Shown here: piece by piece, positions 26,840 through 34,638 of the stretch
Layout of the letters: each line of letters begins with the position of its first letter
Position numbering within the stretch: the stretch's first letter is position 1
Source: a virus
Lineage: Duplodnaviria; Caudoviricetes
Length of the DNA: 58,854 nt
Direction: 5' to 3' (one strand)
Virus record (IMG/VR): IMGVR_UViG_3300042991_000497
Span: 1-58,854 of that record
Position numbers and translations under genes: made by a program
Notes under the pieces: model-generated
Told to the model about the DNA's origin: nothing
Database searches by the model: none
The model's input: only the letters and a program-made list of their open reading frames with translations

Positions 26840-29128
26840 TTAGAAGGCGACGAGGCGCAAATTGAGCGAATGGGTGATGCTGGCTGTAGCCGGTGTCGGA
26901 TCACTACCGCCCGCGGATAACGAGAACTGGATGCCAAGCAGGTACGACCCGCCGCCTTGGTTTACGTCATCGAGCCGCCACGTCCGGTTGGTGGTGAGCG
27001 AGAGCCACGTGTCGATGGCATCACCACCAAACGTAACGTTACCCGGGTTGGCGGTCGATAGCACGGTCGCCCGCACCCACACGGGAACCGGCGGCGTCAC
27101 TGCTCCGACAGTCCAAGCGCCTTGGGACTCAGATGGAGAACTGAGGCTTTCACCCACAATGTCGCCGGCGGTGAACACCAGGCCAATTTCAGCCCATCCA
27201 CCGTTTTGGGCCGCGCCATCGTAGATTATTTCAAACGGAGCGATGAAATCCATGGCTGGGGCCGGATCGTTGTCGTAGAAGAAGTGGTACACGTCATCGT
27301 GCGCCACCCCGACAATCGACTCGGGCACCAGGGCCTGCCACTGGTCGCGCGTGAACAGCGCGCTGGTGAGATTGCGGACGCTGCCGTTGCCCGCGACGGC
27401 GATCAACCCGTCGGGTGAAGCGAAGACCACGCCGATACCGATGAGGTACGCCAACGAGCGCTTCGACACACATGCCTGTGGCACTTCCAGCTTCGTCATG
27501 CTGTAGGCAGCCGGGTCTGTGCCGATGGCGAGGTAGACGAAGTTCTCGGTGCAGATCACCACCGTGGTGTCGATGTTGCCGATGGCCACGATATCGGTGT
27601 CCACGGTCAGGCGGTACTCCACCGGCCAGGCGTGCGGGTGGTTCTGCGCCGACAGGCACAGCTGGTTCTTGTTGAAGCCGGCCATGACCCCGTTGGGCAG
27701 CGCGAGCATGCCCCGCATGTCAGCCGGGGGGAGGGCCCACAGTTCCGACTCCAGTACCTCGCCCAGTTCCGTGTCGGGGATCGCGTCTACGTAATCTGCC
27801 TGTGCCAGCGGAATCTCGGCCACGAAGCGGAACGCCGTGCCAGTGGCGCCGGTAACAGCGCGGTAAATACGTTTCGTGGCGACGCCATACCCCGCGCTGA
27901 CACCGGTCGGAATGTCTGTTGGGGTAGTGACCGTGATCGCAATGCCGTCTGGCCGCAGTATCGTGGCACTGGCGAAGCTCGGCGCCGACTCTTCACCGAG
28001 GCTGTTGACGAAGGTGTAGACGTAGCTGGTGGCAGTGTTGGTAGGGTTGTAGCCTGTCGAGCCCGCAGCCTGCACGTGGATGTTGTCGAACTGGGCGAGA
28101 GACGTGCTCCCGAGTTGATCGAAGCCGGCGCCGAAGCCACAGTAGTCGCCTCGCGTGGCGCCCATCGTCGTTGTGAGCGTAATCAGGTCGGCATCTGCGG
28201 TGGTACGCGCCGCGGCCGATACCGTCACCGTGCCGTCAGTGTTGGTCGTCGATGTGACTGTCAACCTGAACCACGTATCTGCGGCCAGTGTGGTCACCGC
28301 CGCGCTCGTCTTGAGCTGGTTTTGGTTCTGACCTTGCCCCCAACCACTGCCGGTGCCAATCGCCATCACCCACTGGCCGCTCGATACCTGATTGATGTAC
28401 GCGCTGACGCCGTTACCTGCCTCGTCGCGTTGCACACCCATCCAGAAAAACGACCTCCCGGAAACGGAGTTGACGTAGAAGTCACAGGTCATCGTGACCG
28501 TATTGGCCTTGGCTATGCCGAAATTGCGGTACAGGTACGTGCCCGTCTCGTAATCTCTCCAAGCCATTTTGTAGCTCGGCGCGGGGTTTCCGTTTACCGT
28601 GTCTTGGGTCACGTTGCTGTTGAACGTGGCTTGATTCACCGGCGGCGATGTGACCCAGCTGGTAGCCAACTCGTCGCCTTTATCGAGAATGTCGATAGAG
28701 AACGAACTGGGGGTTGGGTCAACTCCTGCGGCCACTGTAGGCGTGCTGTCGGGAGCCGGCACGCCCAGCGGGTTTGTGGCCGCCGGGTATGGTTCTGCAC
28801 CTGTGGTGGCTAGGGCGTAATTCGTCCACCGCGGCTCGGTGTATTCGTCGGGCCCCGTCAGAAAGACACGGAAAGTCGTGTCACCCGCAATCGCGCCCCG
28901 GGCCACGTCAACGTCGGCGCCCCACGCGAGCCAAGCACCATTCAAGTCGTAGATGGTCAACACCGGGCCGGTGTTGGCCAGCGCATGCTCAAGCGCGAAC
29001 TGGCGCCACGCCTCCAGATCGCCAGTGAGCAGGCGGGCGTTCGTGGCCTGCTGGGCGGCGTTGGGCGGCAGCGCCCGGGGGGTCATCCGGGGCGACTCAC
29101 CTCGGAACGAGTCGACGCCAATGCGCAT
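26840..29128 (-). CDS. Tail nozzle / stabilisation protein, N-terminal part with inserted domains
   Basis: F.GE.PR..PR.LP..AAQ.A.N, LGVPAP, YVYTFVNSLGEESAPS, RIYR, PP..M.G..LPNG.MAGF, PHAWP..Y, ACVSKRS, ASPDGL, FTRDQWQ. Confidence 0.75.
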   Translation of the reverse strand: MRIGVDSFRGESPRMTPRALPPNAAQQATNARLLTGDLEAWRQFALEHALANTGPVLTIYDLNGAWLAWGADVDVARGAIAGDTTFRVFLTGPDEYTEPRWTNYALATTGAEPYPAATNPLGVPAPDSTPTVAAGVDPTPSSFSIDILDKGDELATSWVTSPPVNQATFNSNVTQDTVNGNPAPSYKMAWRDYETGTYLYRNFGIAKANTVTMTCDFYVNSVSGRSFFWMGVQRDEAGNGVSAYINQVSSGQWVMAIGTGSGWGQGQNQNQLKTSAAVTTLAADTWFRLTVTSTTNTDGTVTVSAAARTTADADLITLTTTMGATRGDYCGFGAGFDQLGSTSLAQFDNIHVQAAGSTGYNPTNTATSYVYTFVNSLGEESAPSFASATILRPDGIAITVTTPTDIPTGVSAGYGVATKRIYRAVTGATGTAFRFVAEIPLAQADYVDAIPDTELGEVLESELWALPPADMRGMLALPNGVMAGFNKNQLCLSAQNHPHAWPVEYRLTVDTDIVAIGNIDTTVVICTENFVYLAIGTDPAAYSMTKLEVPQACVSKRSLAYLIGIGVVFASPDGLIAVAGNGSVRNLTSALFTRDQWQALVPESIVGVAHDDVYHFFYDNDPAPAMDFIAPFEIIYDGAAQNGGWAEIGLVFTAGDIVGESLSSPSESQGAWTVGAVTPPVPVWVRATVLSTANPGNVTFGGDAIDTWLSLTTNRTWRLDDVNQGGGSYLLGIQFSLSAGGSDPTPATASITHSLNLRLVAF

Positions 29129-29132
29129 GTCG

Positions 29133-29348
29133 TCACACCACCGGGATGACGAGCGTCACCACGCCCGCGTATTCCCCGACGCCCCGGGTGAAGGAAAAGG
29201 GTTGCCCGGAGCCGCCCGCGACCACGTTGAACGTGGTCACGTCAGGCCCGCCAAGGTCCACACCGTCGAGCTGGAACTGCAAGCCTTGGGGAAAGTCATC
29301 GGAAGCCGGGGGAGGAAACCCCGCGGTTGGTGTCATGCCAAAAGCCAT
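29133..29348 (-). CDS. Small hypothetical tail protein
   Basis: Fills the gap between adaptor and nozzle. Confidence 0.55.
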   Translation of the reverse strand: MAFGMTPTAGFPPPASDDFPQGLQFQLDGVDLGGPDVTTFNVVAGGSGQPFSFTRGVGEYAGVVTLVIPVV

Positions 29349-29349
29349 G

Positions 29350-30024
29350 TCAGTACCCCAAACGATTGAACGCGTTGCGCGCCACGCCGAATGGGCGTGC
29401 GACGGCGCGTTGAGAACCCGTATTGAACTTGCGCGCCACCTCGGCTTTGCCGTTCGAGATGTAGGCGCCATACACCCGCATCTGTCCGGCAGCTTCTTGC
29501 GGGTTGAACCAAGGGGTGTCCTTCATGGCGAGAAGGTAGGCCAACGCGCCCGCTTCAAAGCCCGTGCTGTATTTCTTGAGGGGCTCGGCCGGGATCTGCG
29601 TCACCCCTTCCTTGGGCTGCACGATAGCGGTGTAGGTGATGCCGTAGACGCCGTCAGGCGTCGGATTGAGGGCCATCTGGCCCTCAGGTACGTAGGCATA
29701 CCGTAGCGGCCGGCCCGTGCTGATCGCCGGGTTCCAGTTCGCAGGATCGCTCGGCCCCAGCGGCCACTGTTGTGCAGGCGTGAACGCGTTGTCCTGCCCG
29801 CTCATGGCGTACAGGCCGATGATCTCGACGTAGTTGTCGCTCCCCAGGTCATACAGCGCCTGGTCGGCGACAGTCGCACCGGTAGCATTGACCCGCAGCC
29901 ATTGCGTTTGCGCGCACCAGTCGCGCATGGCAGTCACGTAGGCCCGCCGCAAGGTGGGCGTCGGGCAGCCGCGCGCCATCTGGGCCACGTTCGCGCATTG
30001 GTCGAACACATCGACGTAGCTCAT
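29350..30024 (-). CDS. Head-tail adaptor protein
   Basis: GCP...L..A...WC..T.W, L.PTPD, GALAYL..M..PW.N..A. Confidence 0.7.
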   Translation of the reverse strand: MSYVDVFDQCANVAQMARGCPTPTLRRAYVTAMRDWCAQTQWLRVNATGATVADQALYDLGSDNYVEIIGLYAMSGQDNAFTPAQQWPLGPSDPANWNPAISTGRPLRYAYVPEGQMALNPTPDGVYGITYTAIVQPKEGVTQIPAEPLKKYSTGFEAGALAYLLAMKDTPWFNPQEAAGQMRVYGAYISNGKAEVARKFNTGSQRAVARPFGVARNAFNRLGY

Positions 30025-30668
30025 GAAGCTTCCCCAACATCCGCGACCTTGGGCGCCACTACGAACTGCCCTTTGGTCTTCAGGCCCAACTGCTGCCTGA
30101 ACTGCATCATGTAGCCGTTGTACTTCACGAGGTCTTGCTTCTTGCTGCTCACGCCATAGCACTTGGCCAGGACGTAGGCCACCAGCGGGCCCTCGTACAC
30201 GTCGGACACCACCAGCTCATCGGTGGTGGCGGTGATCTCCGGCGGCACAGCACCGTAGATGATCTGCACGCCACCCGCGCCATCGTTCGGGGGGAAGACC
30301 TTGAAGTCTCTTGGCGTCCGGGGGTCGAAGGTGTAGTGCTCAACCTCGGTCTGCCGCGTACCTCGGGGCCAGAAGCGGCTCGCTTCTGCCAGCAATTCGC
30401 GTTGCACCAGCGTGACGACTCGACCGCCATTGGCGACTGTGTTGCTGGTCACGTCGAGTAGCGACACACCGTCGTCGGGCAGTGTCTGGTTCTCACCGGT
30501 CACGAGGGCCATCCCTGTCGTGACGGTGTAGAAGTCCGGCTTCTCCCCCGCTGCTGAGCGCTGAGCTTCGTTCAGAAACCGAATTAGATCGGCGTTGGAG
30601 TACGCGTTCGCCGCGCTATCGAGCGTGGTTTTACGGACAGTAGCGATGATCCCCGACGCGATCAGCAT
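30021..30668 (-). CDS. Adaptor protein (DUF6682-like)
   Basis: D....L..FLNEAQ....KPD, G..Q.LP.DG..LLDV..N, Y.FDPR.P..F.VFPP. Confidence 0.7.
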   Translation of the reverse strand: MLIASGIIATVRKTTLDSAANAYSNADLIRFLNEAQRSAAGEKPDFYTVTTGMALVTGENQTLPDDGVSLLDVTSNTVANGGRVVTLVQRELLAEASRFWPRGTRQTEVEHYTFDPRTPRDFKVFPPNDGAGGVQIIYGAVPPEITATTDELVVSDVYEGPLVAYVLAKCYGVSSKKQDLVKYNGYMMQFRQQLGLKTKGQFVVAPKVADVGEAS

Positions 30669-30675
30669 GGCCTGC

Positions 30676-31149
30676 TCAGTTCAGCTTTTCTTCCTTGACC
30701 GCCCCCGCTTTGCGTGCGGCTGCGGCTACGGCGTTGCGCGCCGCGCGGATGCCCGCACCCTTGTCGATTTCCAGGCCGTACTCATCCTTGGCGAACTGCG
30801 CCAGCTCATCGAGCGTGGCCAGGCCAATGTCGAAGGGCTCAGGGTCTGCCAGCACTACCTCGCGCCGGGTCGGCGCCACACCGAGGGTCTCAAGCCACTT
30901 CATGCGCTCTTCCAACGATGCTTTCGGGCTGCCGGTGTAGGGACGCAGGTCCGGGTGAGGCTTCTTGGCCGGGATCGTCTTGCCGTCCGGCGTCGTCTCC
31001 GCGGGGTGCCCGGCCAGGGCGGGCACGTTGGGTAGAAGGCGGCCGTCCTTGATGTTGATGAGGAGCGGAACTTTCAGGTTCTGCTTGTTGCGTGCTGCGC
31101 GCGCTGAGATCATCTTCGATTCTTGCGCTTCACTGATCCCGAGGGCCAT
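30676..31149 (-). CDS. Hypothetical protein
   Basis: SD aggag plus ATG; in the structural operon. Confidence 0.65.
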   Translation of the reverse strand: MALGISEAQESKMISARAARNKQNLKVPLLINIKDGRLLPNVPALAGHPAETTPDGKTIPAKKPHPDLRPYTGSPKASLEERMKWLETLGVAPTRREVVLADPEPFDIGLATLDELAQFAKDEYGLEIDKGAGIRAARNAVAAAARKAGAVKEEKLN

Positions 31150-31167
31150 GAACGTCTCCTAGGATTG

Positions 31168-31196
31168 AAAGGAAAACCGGCGCCTTCGGGCGCCGG
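31168..31196 (-). terminator. Terminator downstream of the capsid genes
   Basis: ccggcgcc-cgaa-ggcgccgg followed by ttttcctttc on the - strand. Confidence 0.75.
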
Positions 31197-31209
31197 GTAC
31201 GGTGCTGGT

Positions 31210-31410
31210 TTAGGAACCAGTGGGGCTGGAGCCGGGCGTCAGAGCGCGCTTGAACGAACCGCTCGTCTTGCCGCCACCGCCGGGCTGGTTGGTGATGTGG
31301 CCGCTCGGGTAGGTGGCCTTGGCCTTGCCCCCGTCCTTGCTGAGTTCGCTCGAAACAGTCTCGGGCGTCATCTTCACGGGCATGGAGGTGTAAGGGTTGC
31401 TGATTTTCAT
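31210..31410 (-). CDS. Small hypothetical protein after the capsid gene
   Basis: SD aaagga plus ATG; 66 aa. Confidence 0.6.
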   Translation of the reverse strand: MKISNPYTSMPVKMTPETVSSELSKDGGKAKATYPSGHITNQPGGGGKTSGSFKRALTPGSSPTGS

Positions 31411-31462
31411 GACAATTCCTTTCAGGTTACGTGGGATTCAGGAGGGGGCGAACCCCCGCTTG

Positions 31463-32392
31463 TTAGCCGCGGCGAACGACGGCGGTCCCCAGGTAGTTCG
31501 GACCGATGACTTCGTAGCCGAACACCATCAGGCCGCGGATCACGTAGCCAAAATCGTTCGGGTTGTCGATCATCTGGCACTCGACGATCTGCGCCGCGAA
31601 CGTCAGGCCGGCGCTGTGGCCGAACATCAGGTACGTGGCGGGGCCGGGGCTGGTTTGGCGCAACAGGTTGCGCGACTGGTACAGCGTGAAGCGGTCGATC
31701 TCGCCGATCTTGCCATTGCGGACAATGGAGACGCTATCGCCCGTGAGCGAAGCAATCTTCAGATCGGATTGCTTGATGAGCGCCATGAACCAAGGCGGTG
31801 CCACAAGCCAGCGGTCCTCGTCGGGGACGTTCTGCTCGTCCATCACAGTGCCCATGTCGACGATGAAATCGACAACGCTGGTCTTGGTGACGGAAACCGG
31901 AGTTGTCGAGTCGCCCAAGTTAATGCTGTTCGAGTCGGCGCCCGCGGTGGTGCCGCTATTGTCGACGGACACGTCGGCCGGGATGGTTTCCAGCATGTCG
32001 GCGTCCGCCGCGATGCGCAGCTGAACCGAACCGTCGTTGGCGAAAATGTCGGCCATGTCCACGTCGGCTTGACGCATGTCGACGAGGCTCAGCGCGACGG
32101 CAAACGACTTCGCCTGGTCGATTGACAGCGTAACCGAGTTGGAACTTGGGTATTGCGCCGACAGCCCCGCGCCAACGACGTATTCGTTGACGGTCACATC
32201 CGGCACGGTGCGGATGATGACGTTCGAGCCGAAGCCAGCGATCTCGCCCTCGTACGCGGTCGTGGCGATTTCACCGAAGACGGTGGACTTGTAGAACTTT
32301 TCGACCAACTTCCCGGAGTAAACCTCCGGGATGTAGTCGATGGTGCCCGCGGGACCGTAGTCGGGCAAGCCAGAGGCGTGAGGGATAGGCAT
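31463..32392 (-). CDS. Major capsid protein
   Basis: IPEVYSGKL..FY..TV...I....YEGEI...G..V.I, L.IDQ, MDEQNVP..DRW.V.PP, NG.IG.ID.F..Y.S, F...IRGL.VFG..V; follows the scaffold gene. Confidence 0.9.
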   Translation of the reverse strand: MPIPHASGLPDYGPAGTIDYIPEVYSGKLVEKFYKSTVFGEIATTAYEGEIAGFGSNVIIRTVPDVTVNEYVVGAGLSAQYPSSNSVTLSIDQAKSFAVALSLVDMRQADVDMADIFANDGSVQLRIAADADMLETIPADVSVDNSGTTAGADSNSINLGDSTTPVSVTKTSVVDFIVDMGTVMDEQNVPDEDRWLVAPPWFMALIKQSDLKIASLTGDSVSIVRNGKIGEIDRFTLYQSRNLLRQTSPGPATYLMFGHSAGLTFAAQIVECQMIDNPNDFGYVIRGLMVFGYEVIGPNYLGTAVVRRG

Positions 32393-32435
32393 GGTGACTC
32401 CTGATTCGTTGAGGGTGTTTTCGCACCCGCGGGCA

Positions 32436-33416
32436 TCACTGCCTGCGAGTGCTGAGCTTCAACCTCTTCTCGAATGCAAGTGCCTCTTGATCCGTGACGT
32501 ATCCGGGTTCGCCTTTGCGTAGAGTGGCTTTTCTCTTGAAAAAGTCCTTCGTCTCTTGCGCTGTCGGCGCGGTGAGCCCAGCATCGGGCTTGGCCTGCGG
32601 CATGCCGCTAGGGCCTGCGCCACTTCCGTTGGGCGCCACCGGTGGAGCTGGCGGTCGGGTTCGCGTCGCCTTGAAAGCGTTGAACATCTTGACCACCCCG
32701 GCGGCGTTTGCGCGGCCGATGTGAGTGTCCATTGCTTCTTGGCGGGGCAACCCTGTGTTCGCATCCTCGTCCGCAAGCCAGGCGTGGAAGTCGGGTAGTT
32801 GGTCGATCTCCGCGAAGTCCGGCACCGCTCTCTCAAGCGCGGCCAAGAACTTCTGCTTCATTTCCTCTTGGTTGCCAACGCTTTGGGCCGTCTGTGCGTC
32901 GCGAAGAGGTTTTATCTCCCTCTCGACCAGTTGGGCCACTTGCTGTTGCGCACCTTTCAGGACTGTGGTGACGATCAACTCGGCTTCTTCCTTGCCCAGC
33001 AGCTGAATCTGGTCTTCAGTGAGAAACTCACTGACGTTGACCGGGGCTGCTGGCACCTGTGCTTCCAGAGTTCGGATCTGCTCCTTCAACTCGGAAATCT
33101 GCTGAGTTAGCACACTTGTGTTTTGCTGGTACGCATCCTTCTGGCTGCTCAAGCGACCTTCCATCGTTTTGGAGCGTTGGCGCCAATACTCGATGTCGTT
33201 CCCTCGCGGGTCAGTAGGTTTGACCGGGTTCACAGGTGCCGTGTCGGCAGTTGTCATGTCCCCGTTGGCGCCGGTTGTGCCCGGAGCGGCCTGCGGATCC
33301 ATGGGATCTGTCTTCAAGCCAGTTTTCTTGGCGTCGAGGTGCGCCTGGACGGCTGCACTCCTTCGCAAAATTTGCTGGGGAAGGGGTTTTTCATTCGGGT
33401 TCGTTGAAACCTGCAT
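32436..33416 (-). CDS. Capsid scaffolding protein
   Basis: Coiled coil, W.QR.K...G, VPDF..I...F..WL; directly upstream of the capsid gene. Confidence 0.75.
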   Translation of the reverse strand: MQVSTNPNEKPLPQQILRRSAAVQAHLDAKKTGLKTDPMDPQAAPGTTGANGDMTTADTAPVNPVKPTDPRGNDIEYWRQRSKTMEGRLSSQKDAYQQNTSVLTQQISELKEQIRTLEAQVPAAPVNVSEFLTEDQIQLLGKEEAELIVTTVLKGAQQQVAQLVEREIKPLRDAQTAQSVGNQEEMKQKFLAALERAVPDFAEIDQLPDFHAWLADEDANTGLPRQEAMDTHIGRANAAGVVKMFNAFKATRTRPPAPPVAPNGSGAGPSGMPQAKPDAGLTAPTAQETKDFFKRKATLRKGEPGYVTDQEALAFEKRLKLSTRRQ

Positions 33417-33489
33417 CTAGTTCTCTCCACGAGCCAGTGCTCACGCCTGGTATTCGGTTTCCAGGAGGCGGTGAACCGCACATCCCAGC

Positions 33490-33756
33490 TTAATCCCCGC
33501 CAAACCCCGAGACAGCGCGTGGCCGCGCCGTGAGGGGGGCGGGGTTGGCTTTTTGCCCTGCGTTCGTGATGCGCCCGATCATCTCTTCGAGCTGCTGCGC
33601 GCGTCCTTGGGCTTGGTAGATGGCCTCGCCCGTGGCCTTGCGCAGCTTCACATCAATCTCGCGAAGCTCAGCCTCATACATGCCTGCCAGGAACTTGCCT
33701 TCTGGGGACTTCGAGAAGCGTGCCAGAAATGCAACTTGTTCCGCGGTGAGCGTCAT
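33490..33756 (-). CDS. Small head-region protein
   Basis: IYQAQGRAQ.L motif typical of the small gene between portal and scaffold. Confidence 0.65.
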   Translation of the reverse strand: MTLTAEQVAFLARFSKSPEGKFLAGMYEAELREIDVKLRKATGEAIYQAQGRAQQLEEMIGRITNAGQKANPAPLTARPRAVSGFGGD

Positions 33757-33792
33757 GGGCGCATTGTAGGACTGACCGTTGCTTTTGCGCAA
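33757..33792 (-). promoter_or_regulatory. Sigma70-like promoter, probably leaderless
   Basis: TTGCGC-N18-TACAAT-N6-ATG. Confidence 0.5.
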
Positions 33793-33795
33793 CAG

Positions 33796-34638
33796 CTAGC
33801 TGTCGAGGAGTCTTCTCGTGACCTCTTCGGCTTTCTTTCTGTTGCGCGTCCGCCGTGCTTCCTCAACGTCAAACATCTTGTCTCTGGCCTGCTGTTGCTG
33901 CCGTACCTCGGTCTGTAGCGCCGCCAGGGAGGCGATCACAGCATGCGCTTCGGTGAGCTGCTTCGAGATGGCCGCCACCTGATCCAGCGTCATTTGGTTG
34001 GCCTTCTTCATCTCCTCGGCCAGGGCCTGAACTGCCTCGACGGCCTCACGAGAGGTTGGCATTGCCAGGGAGACCGCAACGGGGCTGGGGGCCGGTGCGC
34101 CGATGGGGGGCGCGGCCGTCGGAGCTGACACCTTCGGCGTTGGGTGTGGCTCCGAAGCTGACACCTTCGGCGTTGGGTGTGGTTCAGGAGCCGGTGTTGG
34201 CTTAGGCAGCAATCCAAGGTCTACCCCCCGGCCCCTGACCGCAGCCTTCACCTCAGCAGGTGTTGGCGGGTCGAGAACCTCGGGGACAAAGTCCGATTCA
34301 GGTTTCTTCAGGGGCCTGAATTGGACGTTCTTGCGCCGAGTGCCGTGCAAAAGCGGATTCACCGTGGGCAAGTCGCCTGTGGACACCACGATGGTGACGG
34401 TGGAGCCCGCGGTCGCCATCGCCCCACCCACTGGTTCTTGGCTGATGACGTGCCCGACAGGCACCGTGCTGCTGGCGGCCGTGGTGGCGGCGACAACGAA
34501 CCCGGCCGCCTCAAGTGCCGTGGTGGCGTCAGCCTGCGACAGCCCAACAACGTTGGGAACCTCGACCGGCGCACCTTCGGCCCAGGCGGTTCCCGCCCAG
34601 GCTCCGGCCCTCCAGGCGCCGAGGGCCCACGCGCTCAC
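33796..34638 (-). CDS. PASTA-domain protein with Pro-rich linker and coiled coil
   Basis: VEVPNVVGLSQADATTALEAAGF..SSTVPVGHVISQEP..G....GSTVTIVVSTG. Confidence 0.8.
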   Translation of the reverse strand: MSAWALGAWRAGAWAGTAWAEGAPVEVPNVVGLSQADATTALEAAGFVVAATTAASSTVPVGHVISQEPVGGAMATAGSTVTIVVSTGDLPTVNPLLHGTRRKNVQFRPLKKPESDFVPEVLDPPTPAEVKAAVRGRGVDLGLLPKPTPAPEPHPTPKVSASEPHPTPKVSAPTAAPPIGAPAPSPVAVSLAMPTSREAVEAVQALAEEMKKANQMTLDQVAAISKQLTEAHAVIASLAALQTEVRQQQQARDKMFDVEEARRTRNRKKAEEVTRRLLDS

